DNA of 64,000 nt from Lytechinus pictus (taxonomy: Eukaryota): the NCBI RefSeq assembly GCF_037042905.1, contig NC_087245.1, positions 10,790,001-10,854,000 of the forward strand, given 5' to 3'. Below the pieces are notes generated by a model. That model did not search any database. It was given only the letters and a program-made list of their open reading frames with translations, and was not told the DNA's origin. This document shows, one piece after another, positions 11,107 through 24,426 of this stretch (position 1 is the first letter of the stretch; each line of letters begins with the position of its first letter). Made by a program: the position numbers and the translations under genes.

Positions 11107-12615
11107 CATTTAACTATTATTCAGAATTGTTAGAATTAGAAAATGTCAATTGAAATGGGGGGGGGGGGGGGAGGGGTTAGTTCATTTTCTATTCGTCGAC
11201 CCCCTTTCTAAAATAAGTATCTAGTTATTAACATGTAACAGGATTTTTTTTGTCATTCAATTTTCAGAGCGAAGGTTTCCAAATGTTCTTCACTTCAAAG
11301 AAAGTTTCATAATTTACAAATATCCATAATTATAGACAAATTTTCATATGAACCATACCAATATACACAAGTCAATGGTGTCAGAAACTGTTAATCATCA
11401 CACTGCCCAGAACTTGCAAATAAGCGTCAACGTATCACGTATATAATACAACAGCGCAAAAAAGAAATCCGCAGTATGATTTAATTTATTAATATAGGAT
11501 TAATCTCATTATCTTGACTAAAGAACAATACAGTATTCATTCACTGGTACTTTTAATGAATAATTAATTGACTTTTCATTTTACTGAGGTATACTAATAA
11601 ATTCTTCGTGTTGCGATGAAGCTGAGAGAAAAATATCGGTATTTTGTTTTATATTTCATTTAAGATATAATATATTATCGATATTTCATTTAATATACCG
11701 TTAATTCATTTTTTCAAGGCTTAAATTGATGCAACTTTCACATGGGGGCGAGTTGGAAGTACGAGTTCCGAAATGTTTTATTTTTCATTTTTATTTCTTC
11801 ATAAATTTTACTTTTAAACTTTTATTTTCTTCAAGGATGTTCACGTGACATCCATGGAGACATAGAAGTTGTCATAAGCCGACGCTTTTTTCATTTACAA
11901 ATCGTGGTGGCTGAGAAAGAACATTATGTCTTACCGGCCTCTAAATATTTGCATCTACGGACGAGGCACAACATAATAAATGATGCAATGGGGGCTTAAT
12001 GTAGCTTAGAGCATCAATCAATGTATTCCATAGTGCGCTCTTTCTAAAATACATTATACATATTGGATTGAGCCTGCAAGAAAAATCAATATTCATTTTT
12101 TGACACATTATTTCATAGTATGTCGATATTGCGAGTTGCATAGGATTCAGTTCGCACCGTCCATTGATAAATCCGGATCTGTGTAACATTATAACATAAT
12201 TTTGGAATATATCTATAACGAATAAACCATTCCATTTATGTCATATACATTTTTTTTTCTATTTCAATTTTATATTGTATGGTATGCTTATGGCATGCTT
12301 CGGCTGTCACTTTCTATCTGTCTTAGCAACATTAGCCAAACGCTTTTGAATGTCATAATTGCCTAGAACATTATAGGATGAATGACTGTGATCTGAAAAA
12401 GCCGGACCAATCTCCAAAACGAAGAGGAGGTTTGCTTTACTTTTAATGTTTGCGTTCTAAATACTTTTGTCAATTTCATATGAAAAAGCTTGTAGTGTCA
12501 CTCATTCTGTTCATATCTTAAGAAGATAACAAAGTTGGGAAATATTTTGTGATGGTTAAACTTCGCTACTAATTTTTTTCCCGAAATAATTCAGTAAGTG
12601 GATGACAGTTTTAGT

Positions 12616-12881
12616 CAGGGGTCAGGGGTGGATCCGGAATTTTCCAAAGGGGAGGGGGTGGCATTTTTATACAGGCAAATACTTGACAACCAAAAAAGTT
12701 TTCACTACAAAATAGAGGTCATTTTGTTCCAGGGGAAAATGACAATTAAATATATACATATATATATATATATAATAAGGTCTTCACTTGAGTTTGCACG
12801 ACAGAGACCCCTACAACAAATAGTTGTTGTGCCTCTCAAAAGGGGCACGGGTCGGATGTCCCTTTGCTCGATCCACCACTG
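12616..12881. mobile_element. hAT-type MITE of the same family as 50129-50390
   Basis: Seen: CAGGGGTGGATCCGG ... CGATCCACCACTG termini, degenerate 8-bp flanks GTTTTAGT/CTTTTGGT, and internal GGTCTTCACT and GTGCCTCTCAA motifs matching those of the 50.1-kb copy. Confidence 0.75.
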
Positions 12882-14150
12882 CTTTTGGTCTCTCCTACGG
12901 CATAAAGATGTAGCCTTACGATAATCTCATGTTGATAGGCAATTACTTAGGATTAATTCTTAGTGTCTTTTTTTATTTGTTGCAATATTCCGCCTTCTTG
13001 CACATCTGATATATCAATAAACCACTTTCCTGACAAAGCGCCTGTTTTTGCAGGATTGTTTCGGTCATAAATTCTTGCAGGTAGAGTTAAGCAATAAAAA
13101 GTATTTTCTGTTATAAGAACAATAACTTATTCATATTGTTAGTTGAGTGTTACAATATGAACGATGATTAAAAAGCTTAATTTCATAGACCGCCAGACTT
13201 TTAGGGCAATTAGCTGAAGGCATGTATACAAACAATCTCCGTTTAATTTGATTAGAATGCAATAATCTCTACCTTCTAACAAACAACAAATGTCCTGTTG
13301 ACGGTTAGGTAACCGATATAACCGGGATAACCGGGATTACCCTAGTTATTGATCCGAGTGTTGACGGCGAATTACATATTACGTATGTTAATGTCTCTCG
13401 CATTGCTATCATGTACTATGAAATCAATTAAGGTGACCTTCGAAATCTAGGCCATATTACAATGTTTGGAATCGTCGTATGCCATCATGCTACTCGGAAA
13501 CCATCAAAGATGGATTGGGAGTGCATCGATCGTCTGGGTAGCTTCATTTTGTATTAGGAGTAATGTTGTCTCGATAGTTTTTTTAAAATCTTCTTTACAT
13601 AATATTATGTCGTATCTGTGGTAAAAGGATTAATTGAATTAACAGTTCACACATACATACAACGCTTTAAATCATATATTTTTTAAATATATAACTTATA
13701 GAGAAATCATGATCAAAATGAAATGCATGTAGGCCTGAGTTTGAGTGTTAATTGGACCATAACTACAAGCCAATGACATGATATAAAAAGTTTTGTAATT
13801 AAGGAAATTATCTGAATGTATTTGATAATGCAATTTCAATCAAAACATATGATAATTGCAGGTTGTACATTTCCTTTTATCTCTTCTCGGTTCTTTAACG
13901 TTCCTTTATCTTTTGTTATTTTTCACATTTGGAAATGACAATCTGATTTCACATTGTTGCTGTCTTGGTTACTCCTTTTTAAATATATTTGATTTAATTC
14001 TAGTTTTAGCCTGAAGGCAAATATTCCAAATGAATCTAACATTTTATTCATGAAATCTGATGTACAACTCACAATTCTACCGAATATCCATGATCATAAT
14101 ACACGAATAACTATATAACTCATTCATTTTTCGGAAGTGTTTCATTTTTA

Positions 14151-14384
14151 CAGGCTTTGCGCCACCAGGGGTGTGTGCAGGGGGTTATCCCCTTTGATTT
14201 TCAAAAAGTGAAAAAAGGGGAAGGAGGTAAAGAAATGTAATAAAATTGAGAGAGGAAAGAGAATAAACAAACGAGAAGAGTAAATTAAAAGAGTTTTCGC
14301 AATAAAACACGATACTACCCCTATGATTCGATGAAAATAAACTCTGACTCCCTCCCCTGTCAAAATATCCTGGCACCGGCCCTG
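14151..14384. mobile_element. Degenerate hAT-like MITE (CAGG...CCGGCCCTG)
   Basis: Seen: GC-rich ends CAGGCTTTGCGCCACCAGGGG and ATCCTGGCACCGGCCCTG around an A/G-rich core. No clear TSD. Confidence 0.5.
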
Positions 14385-15179
14385 CATTAATACATGATAT
14401 TTGGATTTAACGAGTTTGACACAAAGAGAATAATATGTGTGTAAATGACAGAAAGTTGATATGTGTGTAGAACTGAACAAAACAAATAAAGCATGTAATT
14501 AATTTATTCAGTTACGTGATATTCCTATTTTCATAATGATGCCCATTCTGCAGCCTAAGATTTATGATATGAGCCTTAATAATAGGAATATAATTTTACT
14601 GCACTCTTGCACGACGCTTCGTGCATGAGTTTTGCTCGAAAGTTCATTTTTCGTTGAAAACATGACGGAATGAGTCACGTCGACGACCATTTAAGCTTAG
14701 CAAAATGAGGAACACGTATTCCCCAAAGAGGGAAACAGGGTCTCCCTCATTTTAATTGACTCTTCTCTCGAGAAGTGGTTGTACATGTACTTAAAGATCA
14801 GTTATCTGGTATTTATGAGCAGTGACCGCGAAAATGCCATTACACGCATTAGTTGAGTCCGGTCCAAAAGAACAATCCTGTGTGGGCGAACGATCTAGGG
14901 CTGATGCCGTCTTCCGATGTCATTTGTCCTAATGTCTGGTCAACAAGGAACAGGGATGCCGGATGTGATTGTTCCGTATAGTTTCTGAGGAAAGAAGCTT
15001 TATTCAATATCAACCAATCCTGATTAGCTGCAGGAAAACCGGAAAAAACAAATTACGATATATTTTCTAAACAGAGAAATATTTAACCCGCATTGTATTG
15101 TTATTTTTTTTCAAATAGAAACTTGCATACATTGGTATTATTAATGTATCTTGTATTCATAATCTATTTGATGCAAGAT

Positions 15180-15281
15180 AAAAGAGCATTGCAGATAAAA
15201 TGCCTTCCTCAAGGACAGTGCTGAGAATCGAACCCCGGACTTCGATAGGGAGTCGGGAGCCTTGGGCCACGGCACCTCGCC
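15180..15281 (-). mobile_element. tRNA-derived SINE, 5' fragment
   Basis: Seen on the - strand: GTGCCGTGGCCCAAGGCTCCCGACT...GGGGTTCGATTCTCAGCACTGTCCTTGAGGAAGGCATTTTATCTGCA, i.e. a Pol III B-box followed by the GTCCTTGA..AAGGCA core common in deuterostome SINEs. Confidence 0.7.
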
Positions 15282-15936
15282 GTAACTGTCGACATACGAT
15301 TTCTTCCGATGTAACAATGTACACATATTTACGCTTCATCATAAGCTAAAACGGTGATGAAAATGAGTTAGACTATCTGTCATTTTACATTATTTCATCA
15401 TTCAAGGCTTTGTAGAAAGATGAACAAATGAAAGCAAATTGAATGGATTACTATTGTGTAGTCGCATTACCTAAATAAACCCACCAAATGGTCGGAAATC
15501 AATTCGTGCTTCACAAAAAAAAAGTCGATAGCCCAAAGTCCATCTTGGAGACAGTTATCTTGATCTAAATGCCAAGTTATCCAATATAGTACCAAAACTT
15601 TTTTTGTATTTGTAATCGCAATATGTTTCAATTAAAAAACAGGAATTATGACCCAGGGCCTACACAATAATGATTCCTCCTCGATTGTCCGAGATCATGT
15701 TTACTGTAATCTAATGTGGGATATCATATTTCGAACATCTTCGGAAAGAGATATAAATGGAAGTGGAAATGCTTTTTGAGAGGTTATGAGATTAACGGCA
15801 ATTTGAAAACAAAAGACAACTTGCAGATTTGTATTTTAAGAAGGTGGAGGTAGGTCTTGACGTATTATACATATTTTGCTATTTTACAAGAGGGAGAGAG
15901 ACCGAGGGGTTTACAAAATGTGAGCGATATACCCCT

Positions 15937-16380
15937 GCAGAAAGACCTTTTTGCTTCAATGGGGGCTTCAAAATGGCGAATTTTCCAATAAAAAGGCAAA
16001 ATACTGAAAAGGGGTGGGGCAACATGAAGAGCCCATAGAGGGGGGGGGGAGGCTTCGGTGTGCCAGGACTTATCCCTCCGGAGCTGACAGAAGAAAGCCT
16101 ACTTTATCCTCTCCGAATGGTTTAAGAAAAAAAAATGATTTACTGTATAGCAGAAATGCCTTTTTGCTTCATTGGGGGCTTCAAAATGGCGAATTTTCCA
16201 ATAAAAAGGCAAAATACGGAAAAGGGGTGGGGTAACTTGAAGAGCCCATAGATGGGGGGGGGGGGGGTGGGCTTCGGTGTGCCAGGACTTCTTCTTATAT
16301 GCAGCTGATAGAGGAAAGCCTACTATATCCTCTCCGAATGGTTTAAGAAAATAAAAGTGGCTTTACTATACAGCAGAAAG
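15937..16380. repeat. Tandem duplication: two units of 213 and 223 bp plus the start of a third
   Basis: Seen: units start with GCAGAAA at 15937, 16150 and 16373 and share GGGGGCTTCAAAATGGCGAATTTTCCAATAAAAAGGCAAAATAC, GGCTTCGGTGTGCCAGGACTT and TATCCTCTCCGAATGGTTTAAGAAAA. Confidence 0.92.
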
Positions 16381-16460
16381 GCTTTAACCTTTCACCTCTA
16401 TTCTGATTAAGAGTAAAACGCATTACAATACTCCATTCAGTTCAGTATCAGCTATCCCTG

Positions 16461-16617
16461 GGGGGCGTTTCATCAATATTTTCGTCCGACAAGTTGTCAG
16501 ATCTGACAACTTTCCTGGATTCCGATTGGTTGAGAAGCACTGTTACTATAGTAACTGTCGGATAAAACAGGACTTGTCGGATAAAACGTCCGACAAGTCC
16601 TTTCATGAAACGCTCCC
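16461..16617. mobile_element. ~157-bp MITE with PIF/Harbinger-like GGG termini, copy 1
   Basis: Seen: CTG|GGGGGCGTTTCATCAA ... TTCATGAAACGCTCCC|CGG with internal TCCGACAAG/TGTCGGA repeats. A second copy lies at ~47280-47441. Confidence 0.85.
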
Positions 16618-17655
16618 CGGATTGTTGCTCTGGAGATGGCCGGGAACTTAAAGACGTGTTTCTTAATGTAAAAAATATGTTAGCAGCCAATAGCCAAATT
16701 ATATCATTGATAAGTAATTAGCTTTAAAGCTATAGTTTTTTTTATCAGTTTCGCAAAATCTTCCGAGAGACACAGAAGTGATCGTGTGTGTAACATAATG
16801 GAAGCAACAGGCAATCGTGTGTGTATGATGAAAGTGGCTACAATTTGTTTCTTGAAATTATGACGATCAATAAGGTAGTCTGGTCCTTCAACTGGCAATA
16901 TCAATAGCTCGTATAAACTGTAATCACATTTTACTTTGCTCTCCTAGAAAATGGTAGCAACTAAATAAAATATCAATGTCATCTCTACTTACGTGGCAGA
17001 TTTTAGCTGAAGTATTTTAAAATAGAATATTCCAAGCCTAAGCATGTATACAGGTGATGTGCGATATTTTTTTTATCATATCAGTAGTCGTAACAGTAGT
17101 CACGGGAAGCAGAGAAGTCTTAGAACACAACATAAATCTAGGCCATCGCTAGATCTATCCAATGATTACATTACCAACCATACAAAAAAACACGAGATGT
17201 TTTCAAATATATTATATCTCACCAGGACAATGTGCGATGTATAAAGTCACTGTAAATCGCAACTAAAACGGGTTTTGTGCACCGAGTACTGTTGCAGTTT
17301 CACGAAATTGATTTTCTGTTCAAACGGGCTCCTATTTCCAATGTGTGGGCAATATCTTTGTATTAGAAAAATAGCGTATATTCTTCCATTTGATGCTCCT
17401 TGTAAAATACAGAAAGTGATATATCGATTCCATCAAATCCTTTTATTTCCTGCATTTTGTTAAAGAAAATTAGTTATACAAAGGAATGAGTTTTTCTTAA
17501 TCTCCCAACCACAATTTCTCAACATCTCCGACCACTTCTCTAAATATTACTGCAGCCTATCCAATATTAAACCCGATAAGACTTCTATTTCACTTTGATT
17601 GTTTAAGCTACATGAATATTTCATTTGGAAACAGATAAAATAAAAAGATTACATG

Positions 17656-18273
17656 GACTAAGAAGAAAGGTGCAACTTTACGGGAAAAGGTGCAGAGCGA
17701 GTATTCGAGCATTGTTGCACCTTTTACTCGCGACCGCACCTGCGTAGGCCCACAGCGAGTGGTTGGGTGCAAGTTTGAACCTCGCGTATAGTCTAGGTTC
17801 CTGTTATACTTCATCCTTGTCAAAATGCTTTAACCTGCTAGGCAATGAAAAAAAGAACAACTTTTTCTCGTTTGTGTGTGTGTGTGTGTGTTAGAGTGTG
17901 CGTCTTGTAAACATGAAAGGACAATAAAACTATGTTTTACTTGCGAAATTGCTCGTAAATTATATCGTATAGAGTTTAAAGGGTCCGGGAACAAACTGAC
18001 TGCAGATACCACGAGGTGAGTTCGAGTCCAAAGCAACGTAAACAAAACTTAAAAGTCCATAGAAAAATCTAAAGTGAACAAACAGGTAGTCTCGACAACC
18101 TTTTGGTATTTTTGGTGGGGGTACATATGGAACTCTTCACGTAATTTGCACCTATCAGAGAGGTGCAATGTTGCACCTTTCCAAAAAGGTACAAAGTTAG
18201 ACCCTAAAGTGGACCAAGTGTGTCATCTGGTTTGCACCTTTAAAGGTGCAAAGTTGAACCTATTTTCTTAGTG
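17656..18273. mobile_element. CACTA/EnSpm-like non-autonomous element with AGGTGCAA/TTGCACCT subterminal repeats
   Basis: Seen: left TG|GACTAAGAAGAAAGGTGCAACTTT vs right AAAGTTGAACCTATTTTCTTAGTG|TG, many TGCACCT motifs in both orientations near the ends, and a possible 2-bp TG duplication. Confidence 0.65.
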
Positions 18274-19749
18274 TGCACCTTACTTTGCAGTGATAATCAG
18301 ATATTGCCTGCCCTGATATATTGCTCTAATCTAAGAATTTCCTTCAAAATAAAAAAAGAATGAATGGAGTAGCTGTTTTTGATATTTTGGAAGCAAAATT
18401 AATAATAAGATTTGCCTTCATCCTCTATGACTATCTGTTTACAAGAGTCCATGGTCTGTTTTTGTTTATATCTTAATACTTTCAAGGATACAATTCTTAA
18501 TATTCTTTATCTGAAAAAAAAATGCGTCGCCGACGTAAAACCTTTTTTCTCATTACGGCGCAATCTTGATATACTATAAAATCCTACTTACAAGTTATTA
18601 GCAGTATTCTTGGTGTTTCTCAATGTGCGGTTTGGTTCACTTGACAGTTTTATTCCGGCATAAGGTATCTATGCATGCGATGGGTATATATGAAGACAAC
18701 AATCATCAATAAAAGAAACCTGAGATGATATTTGTGCGACTTACCGAGGATAATCCACACAATTATTGTGAAAGGTATGGCGAATTCGATATTCACAGTA
18801 TTGGTAATAATACCCCTGTTTAATAAAAGTAAGCAGAATACTCTCGTTTACTAAAATACAAATGTGAAACTGGTATTCTTAAGAGATAGAGAGGAAAAAA
18901 ATGTATCAGCTAGTATTGAATTGCAGAGGAGTTTCATGTTGTGTCGAATATCACACCAAGAATTATAACATGCCCCCTTTTCAAATAAACCCGATGTGAA
19001 TCATTAACTGAAGGCAAATATTAAAACGAAAGGTTGTACAATAATTCGAACAACATTTATGTTTTAATAATGGACTGTGTGTCACCGATATGGGTAGGAA
19101 AGATGTTTGGAACTTTTGAAATATGTATATTATAAAACAATTTCATTTGTTAAGAATGGAAAGTAAAACATCCTGCGAATAATCGTATGATTATTATTAC
19201 AGACCGCTGCAAATTTGTCAAATACTATCAAATATGAGAAGTTATTTAAACAGTCTTTTATTACAAAAAAAAACACTTTTACTCGATTCCATATAATTCA
19301 TAAAAAAGGTGACTTGACCTTCAGTGCAATGTAAATGTAGTCTAAGTTTCACAGGGTCATGATCGTTATGGGTGACGGGTTTAATTTCTTTATTAATTAA
19401 GAACACCCACTGCTCCGCTACTCACGTGTAGAGACATGGTCAATTAGGATACAGGTCGTTCCCATAGACAAAGGTGTGATGATAGAGAATGCTTACCACA
19501 AATACACGCATTTCAGATTACGAGCTCTAACCAAAGGCATAACCAAAGGCCTCAAAACTCCTTATACACGCAATATTCATTGGCAATGAGCATGTTGCAA
19601 GACAGGCGGAGACTTAAGGCGTCTTCAATCAATTTTCTTTCCCTTTTCGTCATGATACATCGTTAATGAGATAAAATACATCCACTGACATTTCAAGGCT
19701 CTCAAGTTCATTCAGATCCATTTTCTACCTAAATTGTGTTAGTCTTGAT

Positions 19750-21300
19750 TGTGTAAACCCTCTCTCCAGTCTTTAGTAGTCGGTAGTAACAAAATGAACA
19801 AACAGAGACCCTCCCAGAAAACAAATCTGCCTTCATTAGTTTCCCCATGCGGCAGTTCGTGGAAAGAAAGTAAGTGTACCATTATAATGAATACCGGGAT
19901 ATTTGGACGTGATGTTAGTAATCTTGACCTTGTTTACTGCTTAATCATTTCACAAAGAGGTTTAATCCCTACATGGAGTCATTGTGTGAGCCCTGGATTG
20001 ATATTAACTAATTCCAAGACATTGTTCCTCACTGATTAAATAACTGTGTGTTATTGTTCTTTTTGATTGCTTTAGGAGTCGATAGAAGTTGCAAGCTTAT
20101 TGCAATCATTACGTCTCAATCCTATAGTGCTCTTTGAGACGTATGTTGGTAGAGCAAGCAATTCTTTTTTAATTTGTGCTAAAAAAAAAGTTGAACCTTT
20201 GGTCTTTTCTATGTTTGGCTGACATCATGATGAGTACGATACATTTTTTATTTTATAGTATATTGCACCAATTTTATCGGCCGTAAAAGTAGGCACACCC
20301 CCAAAGTTACTGTTGCTGTTGCAACTGTTAATTGTTCATACAGTACTTGATTTGGTTGGCCTACATAGATGCTTTCATTGCGTGTCTCGTGAAATGTCCT
20401 GTCTAACTCAGCTGGTTTTGCTGGATAATAATTTCCGGAACAGGGCGTTCAAATAATTCGTCCTGCCAATCTATGCCCTTTGTGGACCCCGAGATGAAAC
20501 AGATTAACATTTTTAGAACTTTGGTACGATGTCCGCGGTACACCCCTGTTGTCCGGCATCATACAGCAGTAACGCGAGGACGAATGTTTGATTTATCTCT
20601 TTGCTAGTTTTGAGATTCATCCCAGTTGTTTCACGACTCGATCATTAAAACGGTTCTAGTCAACACCGGTACTGTGGTTGCGTGCGTCAAGATCTTATAA
20701 GTTACTTTTTTAATCGATTGAAAATATAATACCCAAGGAATGATACATTAATTTTTCACATCCTTGCAGGCTGAAGTTCTTGGTGGAATCGGAAATAAGT
20801 TTATTTCCGGTAGGTGGTTGACGTGAGCAGCTAGCAGGCAGGGATCATAGTCTCTGTTAATGAGCGGAGTCAATCTTATTGATATTCATTGATGCTCATC
20901 TCTCCCAGCTTATAGCTCTTAAATATAGTTTAAGAGTTGTGGGGCCTTTCCATGTTTGCGGGTGTTATCAAGTGTGGCGCCTGATCTGGTTGCGATGTTA
21001 CTTTTCTATAATTATCTGAACAAAGATGTCATAAGGGCCAGGCGTTAGTTTTGACAGGATTGATGAATAGCCTTGATCACTCCATCGGGTTTACTGCCAG
21101 ATTCTCATGAGTCGTCGTTCAATTTGTTGTAGAAGTCTCTCAGACGGATCATTGTGTTTCTTTTAGGATGCTATCTTTAGTAGGATCTCTAATCCATGTG
21201 ACCATTTACTTGTCGTCAGTGAGCCAATATTGGCCACATTACGTTTGATAAGCACTAACTTATAGATTAGCCACTTGGGCAATCTAAAAGTTTATTATTT
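19750..21300 (-). mobile_element. Heavily decayed non-LTR retrotransposon (LINE) reverse-transcriptase remnant
   Basis: Hand translation of the - strand gives colinear degenerate RT motifs: S*ESGSKPDG (~21080-21112, cf. SWxxGxxPxxW), N*RLALMTS (~21025-21050, cf. NYRPIALTS), RSGATLDN (~20964-20987), NRGVPRTS (~20528-20551, cf. GVPQGS) and SM*ANQI (~20349-20370, cf. YADD). There are many stops and frameshifts, and boundaries are approximate. Confidence 0.62.
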
Positions 21301-21729
21301 CTGCAATGTTAAGGGCTTGTTGAACCTGTTTCTGGTAGCTTGGTAAGCACCGCGTCCAAAATGTATTTGTGTAGTTCTTCTGATTTCTACATCGTTTTAT
21401 CGTCAGTCTTGGTGTGTGTTCACTGTTTGGTATGGTATAGACACCACGGAGCAACTCTCGCAACAATTACTTCGTGTACTACACATCATCGCTCTATGTG
21501 CGATGGAAATACAGGGCTGTGTCGAGTCTTTACAGTTGTCACAGAAGGTTTTCTCTACCTCAAGCATTCTGGTAGAGAATGTGTTTTCCTAAGTCGCCCA
21601 AGAATCCTTAGATTTAACTTTCACCTAATGAGGCGATGACCTGTCCAGAAGTCAGCTCTCAGTATCTGCGGAGTATCTACCTTTAAGTCATATAATCGAT
21701 AACGAAATGATACGCTTCTCAGTAATGTT

Positions 21730-21971
21730 ACACAACATAAAGTGTGAGGTTAACTGGTGTACACATCAGTAACATAACTCTGGTGTTAAATTCACAGTGT
21801 TTACAGTTCAATATCAATGGGTATTATTACAGCACAATTGGTCATTGCTTTAACACTCGTTGGTGTTATGTTCAATCTCTGTAGGGTGCAATTTTAACAT
21901 CCCATACACAGAGTGTTGTGTTTTTAGAGACTTCGACTGTTATCAGTTTTAACACCCTAGACTATACAGTG
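21730..21971. mobile_element. Degenerate CAC...GTG MITE with AACAC/GTGTT internal repeats
   Basis: Seen: repeated GGTGTT/AACAC motifs ending TTTTAACACCCTAGACTATACAGTG. The left terminus is poorly preserved. Confidence 0.4.
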
Positions 21972-24265
21972 CAGAGTCACCATTAGAACATAGCTATGGA
22001 AACAAAACATAACAAAATGATGATTAGAGGTCTAATGTAGAGGAACATTCACTGCGCTTACTTATACACGACAAGGTTTTTTTTCATTTTATAATATAAA
22101 ACAAAATTGAAAATTTTAAAACTGCATGGTCTCTTTAATTCTTGTATGAATATTGTAGTTAGATTTTTTACGTAATAAATGAATTGACAGTTTTTCATTA
22201 AAATTGATAATTTATTAAACCTTTTAGTGATGTCGAATTGTTAAATACTATTACATATCAGAAAAAACACACCAATCAACCATATGATTGAGCGCGCATG
22301 CAATTATTGTCAGTGTTTGAAGAGGGATTGTCCCATAAATATGACTAATTTCACATCGCGACGAGCACCGGTAATGGAAATTGGCCCTTCGAGAGTGTCG
22401 AGGTGGAAGACCACTCTTGGCAATGTGGAAACTAATCATGACGTTAAAAAGATTTGTTCATGCACATTGATTTTTAAATCTGTAAAAGGATCATATGAAA
22501 TACCTTTCGGCTTACGGCAGCAACTGTTCTCTTTACGAAATGTGTAATGCATTTGAATGTTATCTTCTTTGTGCATGATTAAAAAACGTATCATCAACTT
22601 AATAAAGTATAAATATACGAATACGAAAGAATAATCGTGTCAGCAATGAAAATTTGAATTGGTGATCATGATCATCATTTCAAGTACGATTTTTTTTCTT
22701 AAGTTTTGGAAAGAATGGCAAAGAAATGCAGTTCTAATATGTGCTCACCGCTTATTAGTGTATACCATGGTAAGGTGCAATTGTCAGGATGAAGGTAAAT
22801 TGTACATGAGGTAAAAGCGGATTAACGCATCGTACATAAGGTGAATGAGAATATGAAAGTTAAGTATACATGTTGTGCAAAGGATTAGGGCACACAAGTA
22901 AGCTTTATAGAAAACAAAATACAAAATGGGGTATTTTTATGCTTAAAAATGAGATAAAAGTTTAACGGCTTCGAGCAATAATTTAAATAGAGCCTCGATT
23001 CGAATCGATGATAGAGGTTTGCATCATTTTTATACTCAAATAAAAGTGAGTTGTACTGTGTACCATTAAAAAAAAAGCGTACTTAAATATGCGTTATCAA
23101 GCGATCATTGATTTGTTTACGCGCGTATATAAATCAAATTATGTGCGCACTAAAAGTAAACAGGGTCGATGCACCAGAAAGTGGGAAAGGGAGAGATTGA
23201 TATTCTTAGCTTCGAAGCTGTGTCTCAATGTCAATATAATATCACGGTTTAAATGTCTGCATTAAAGAGAATAATGTTACCATTGCTACCATTCCTCTTA
23301 TGAAATGAAATCGTTTCCAATATGAGAAGGGAAGAAAAGATTACCATTGAGGCATATAATTATGGTTTCCGGGACTGGTTTACAGAGACTAGACAGCGAA
23401 GGGCGTGGGACAGACAATGATGCACTCGCTGATCGTGCGCGGCTGATATTATGAATTGATGGGGGTATTTGTATAAGATGATATAAAAATGTCACAGTCA
23501 CTTTCCATCATATATCGGTAAGAGTAAAGGATGGTCTATTGACATTGCTCTAAACTGCTAAACATGCATCCAACTTAAGCGGTTGATAAGACATGAACCT
23601 AGTAACCTATAGCTATTAACCTGAATGTGAACGAATTGGCTATCAAAATATTGCGCTAACGGTCAATTTAAGCTTCCGGGAAGTATAATGGTAATCACTT
23701 ATGAATTTATTTCTATCCTCCATGGTGTGCTTTACTCAATAAAACAGATGATATTTTAGCGTAGTATTTCTCAGTATGTATTCAGGAAATGCATGTATTA
23801 AGTATTGTTTGGTATCTCTAACGAGATCTATTAATAAACGCAATTTTGATGAATATAAAAGCTATTATAGGTCCCCGCAGATGAATATCAGTCATGTTAT
23901 TGAAAATAATGTACGAGTATACATTTTTTTACATACTTTTTTACATAATTATTTGAACATGCTATAAAAAGATTTACAGCATATTCCGCAACAATCCCGA
24001 AGCAAACACGATTTTTCAGTAAATAACTTTAAATTACAAGCATTTACTAGAATAAATATACATATGTATCACCAGAAGAGAATTTAACAACAAGCTATTT
24101 TGAGACGTAATCGTTAGATATCAGTAAAATCTAGTTTACGAAATGAACTCGTATTTTCACTATATCTGTAAACATTTCTGTCGATCTAAAAATCAAGACG
24201 ATTACATCAATCCTTCTAAATACTTCTCATGGATATTACGATATGAGACCTTTAGATCGGCATTC

Positions 24266-24426
24266 TTAAAGGAATAGGTTAACGTGGATTTGACTAAAAC
24301 AAAGAAAATAACTTATAAGGTTCCAGTTTTCACGTGTGTCTTCATGTTAAAAAATAAAAACCAAGAAAATATCGCGTCTGAAAATAATTATTAAGTGCTT
24401 CAAAATATGAAATATAAAGTGAAGAC
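24266..24426. mobile_element. Terminal fragment of the TTAA-type element family seen at 10726-11106, in inverted orientation
   Basis: Seen: TTAAAGGAATAGGTTAACGTGGATTTGAC...ATCGCGTCTGAAAATAATTATTAAGTGCTTCAAAA...ATAAAGTGA aligns with the reverse complement of 10940-11106. Confidence 0.6.

Noticed and set aside
23322..23420. 32-codon ORF MRREEKITIEAYNYGFRDWFTETRQRRAWDRQ near a TATAAAA and a donor site
   Set aside because: It is too short, has no signal peptide or recognisable homology, and is compatible with chance.
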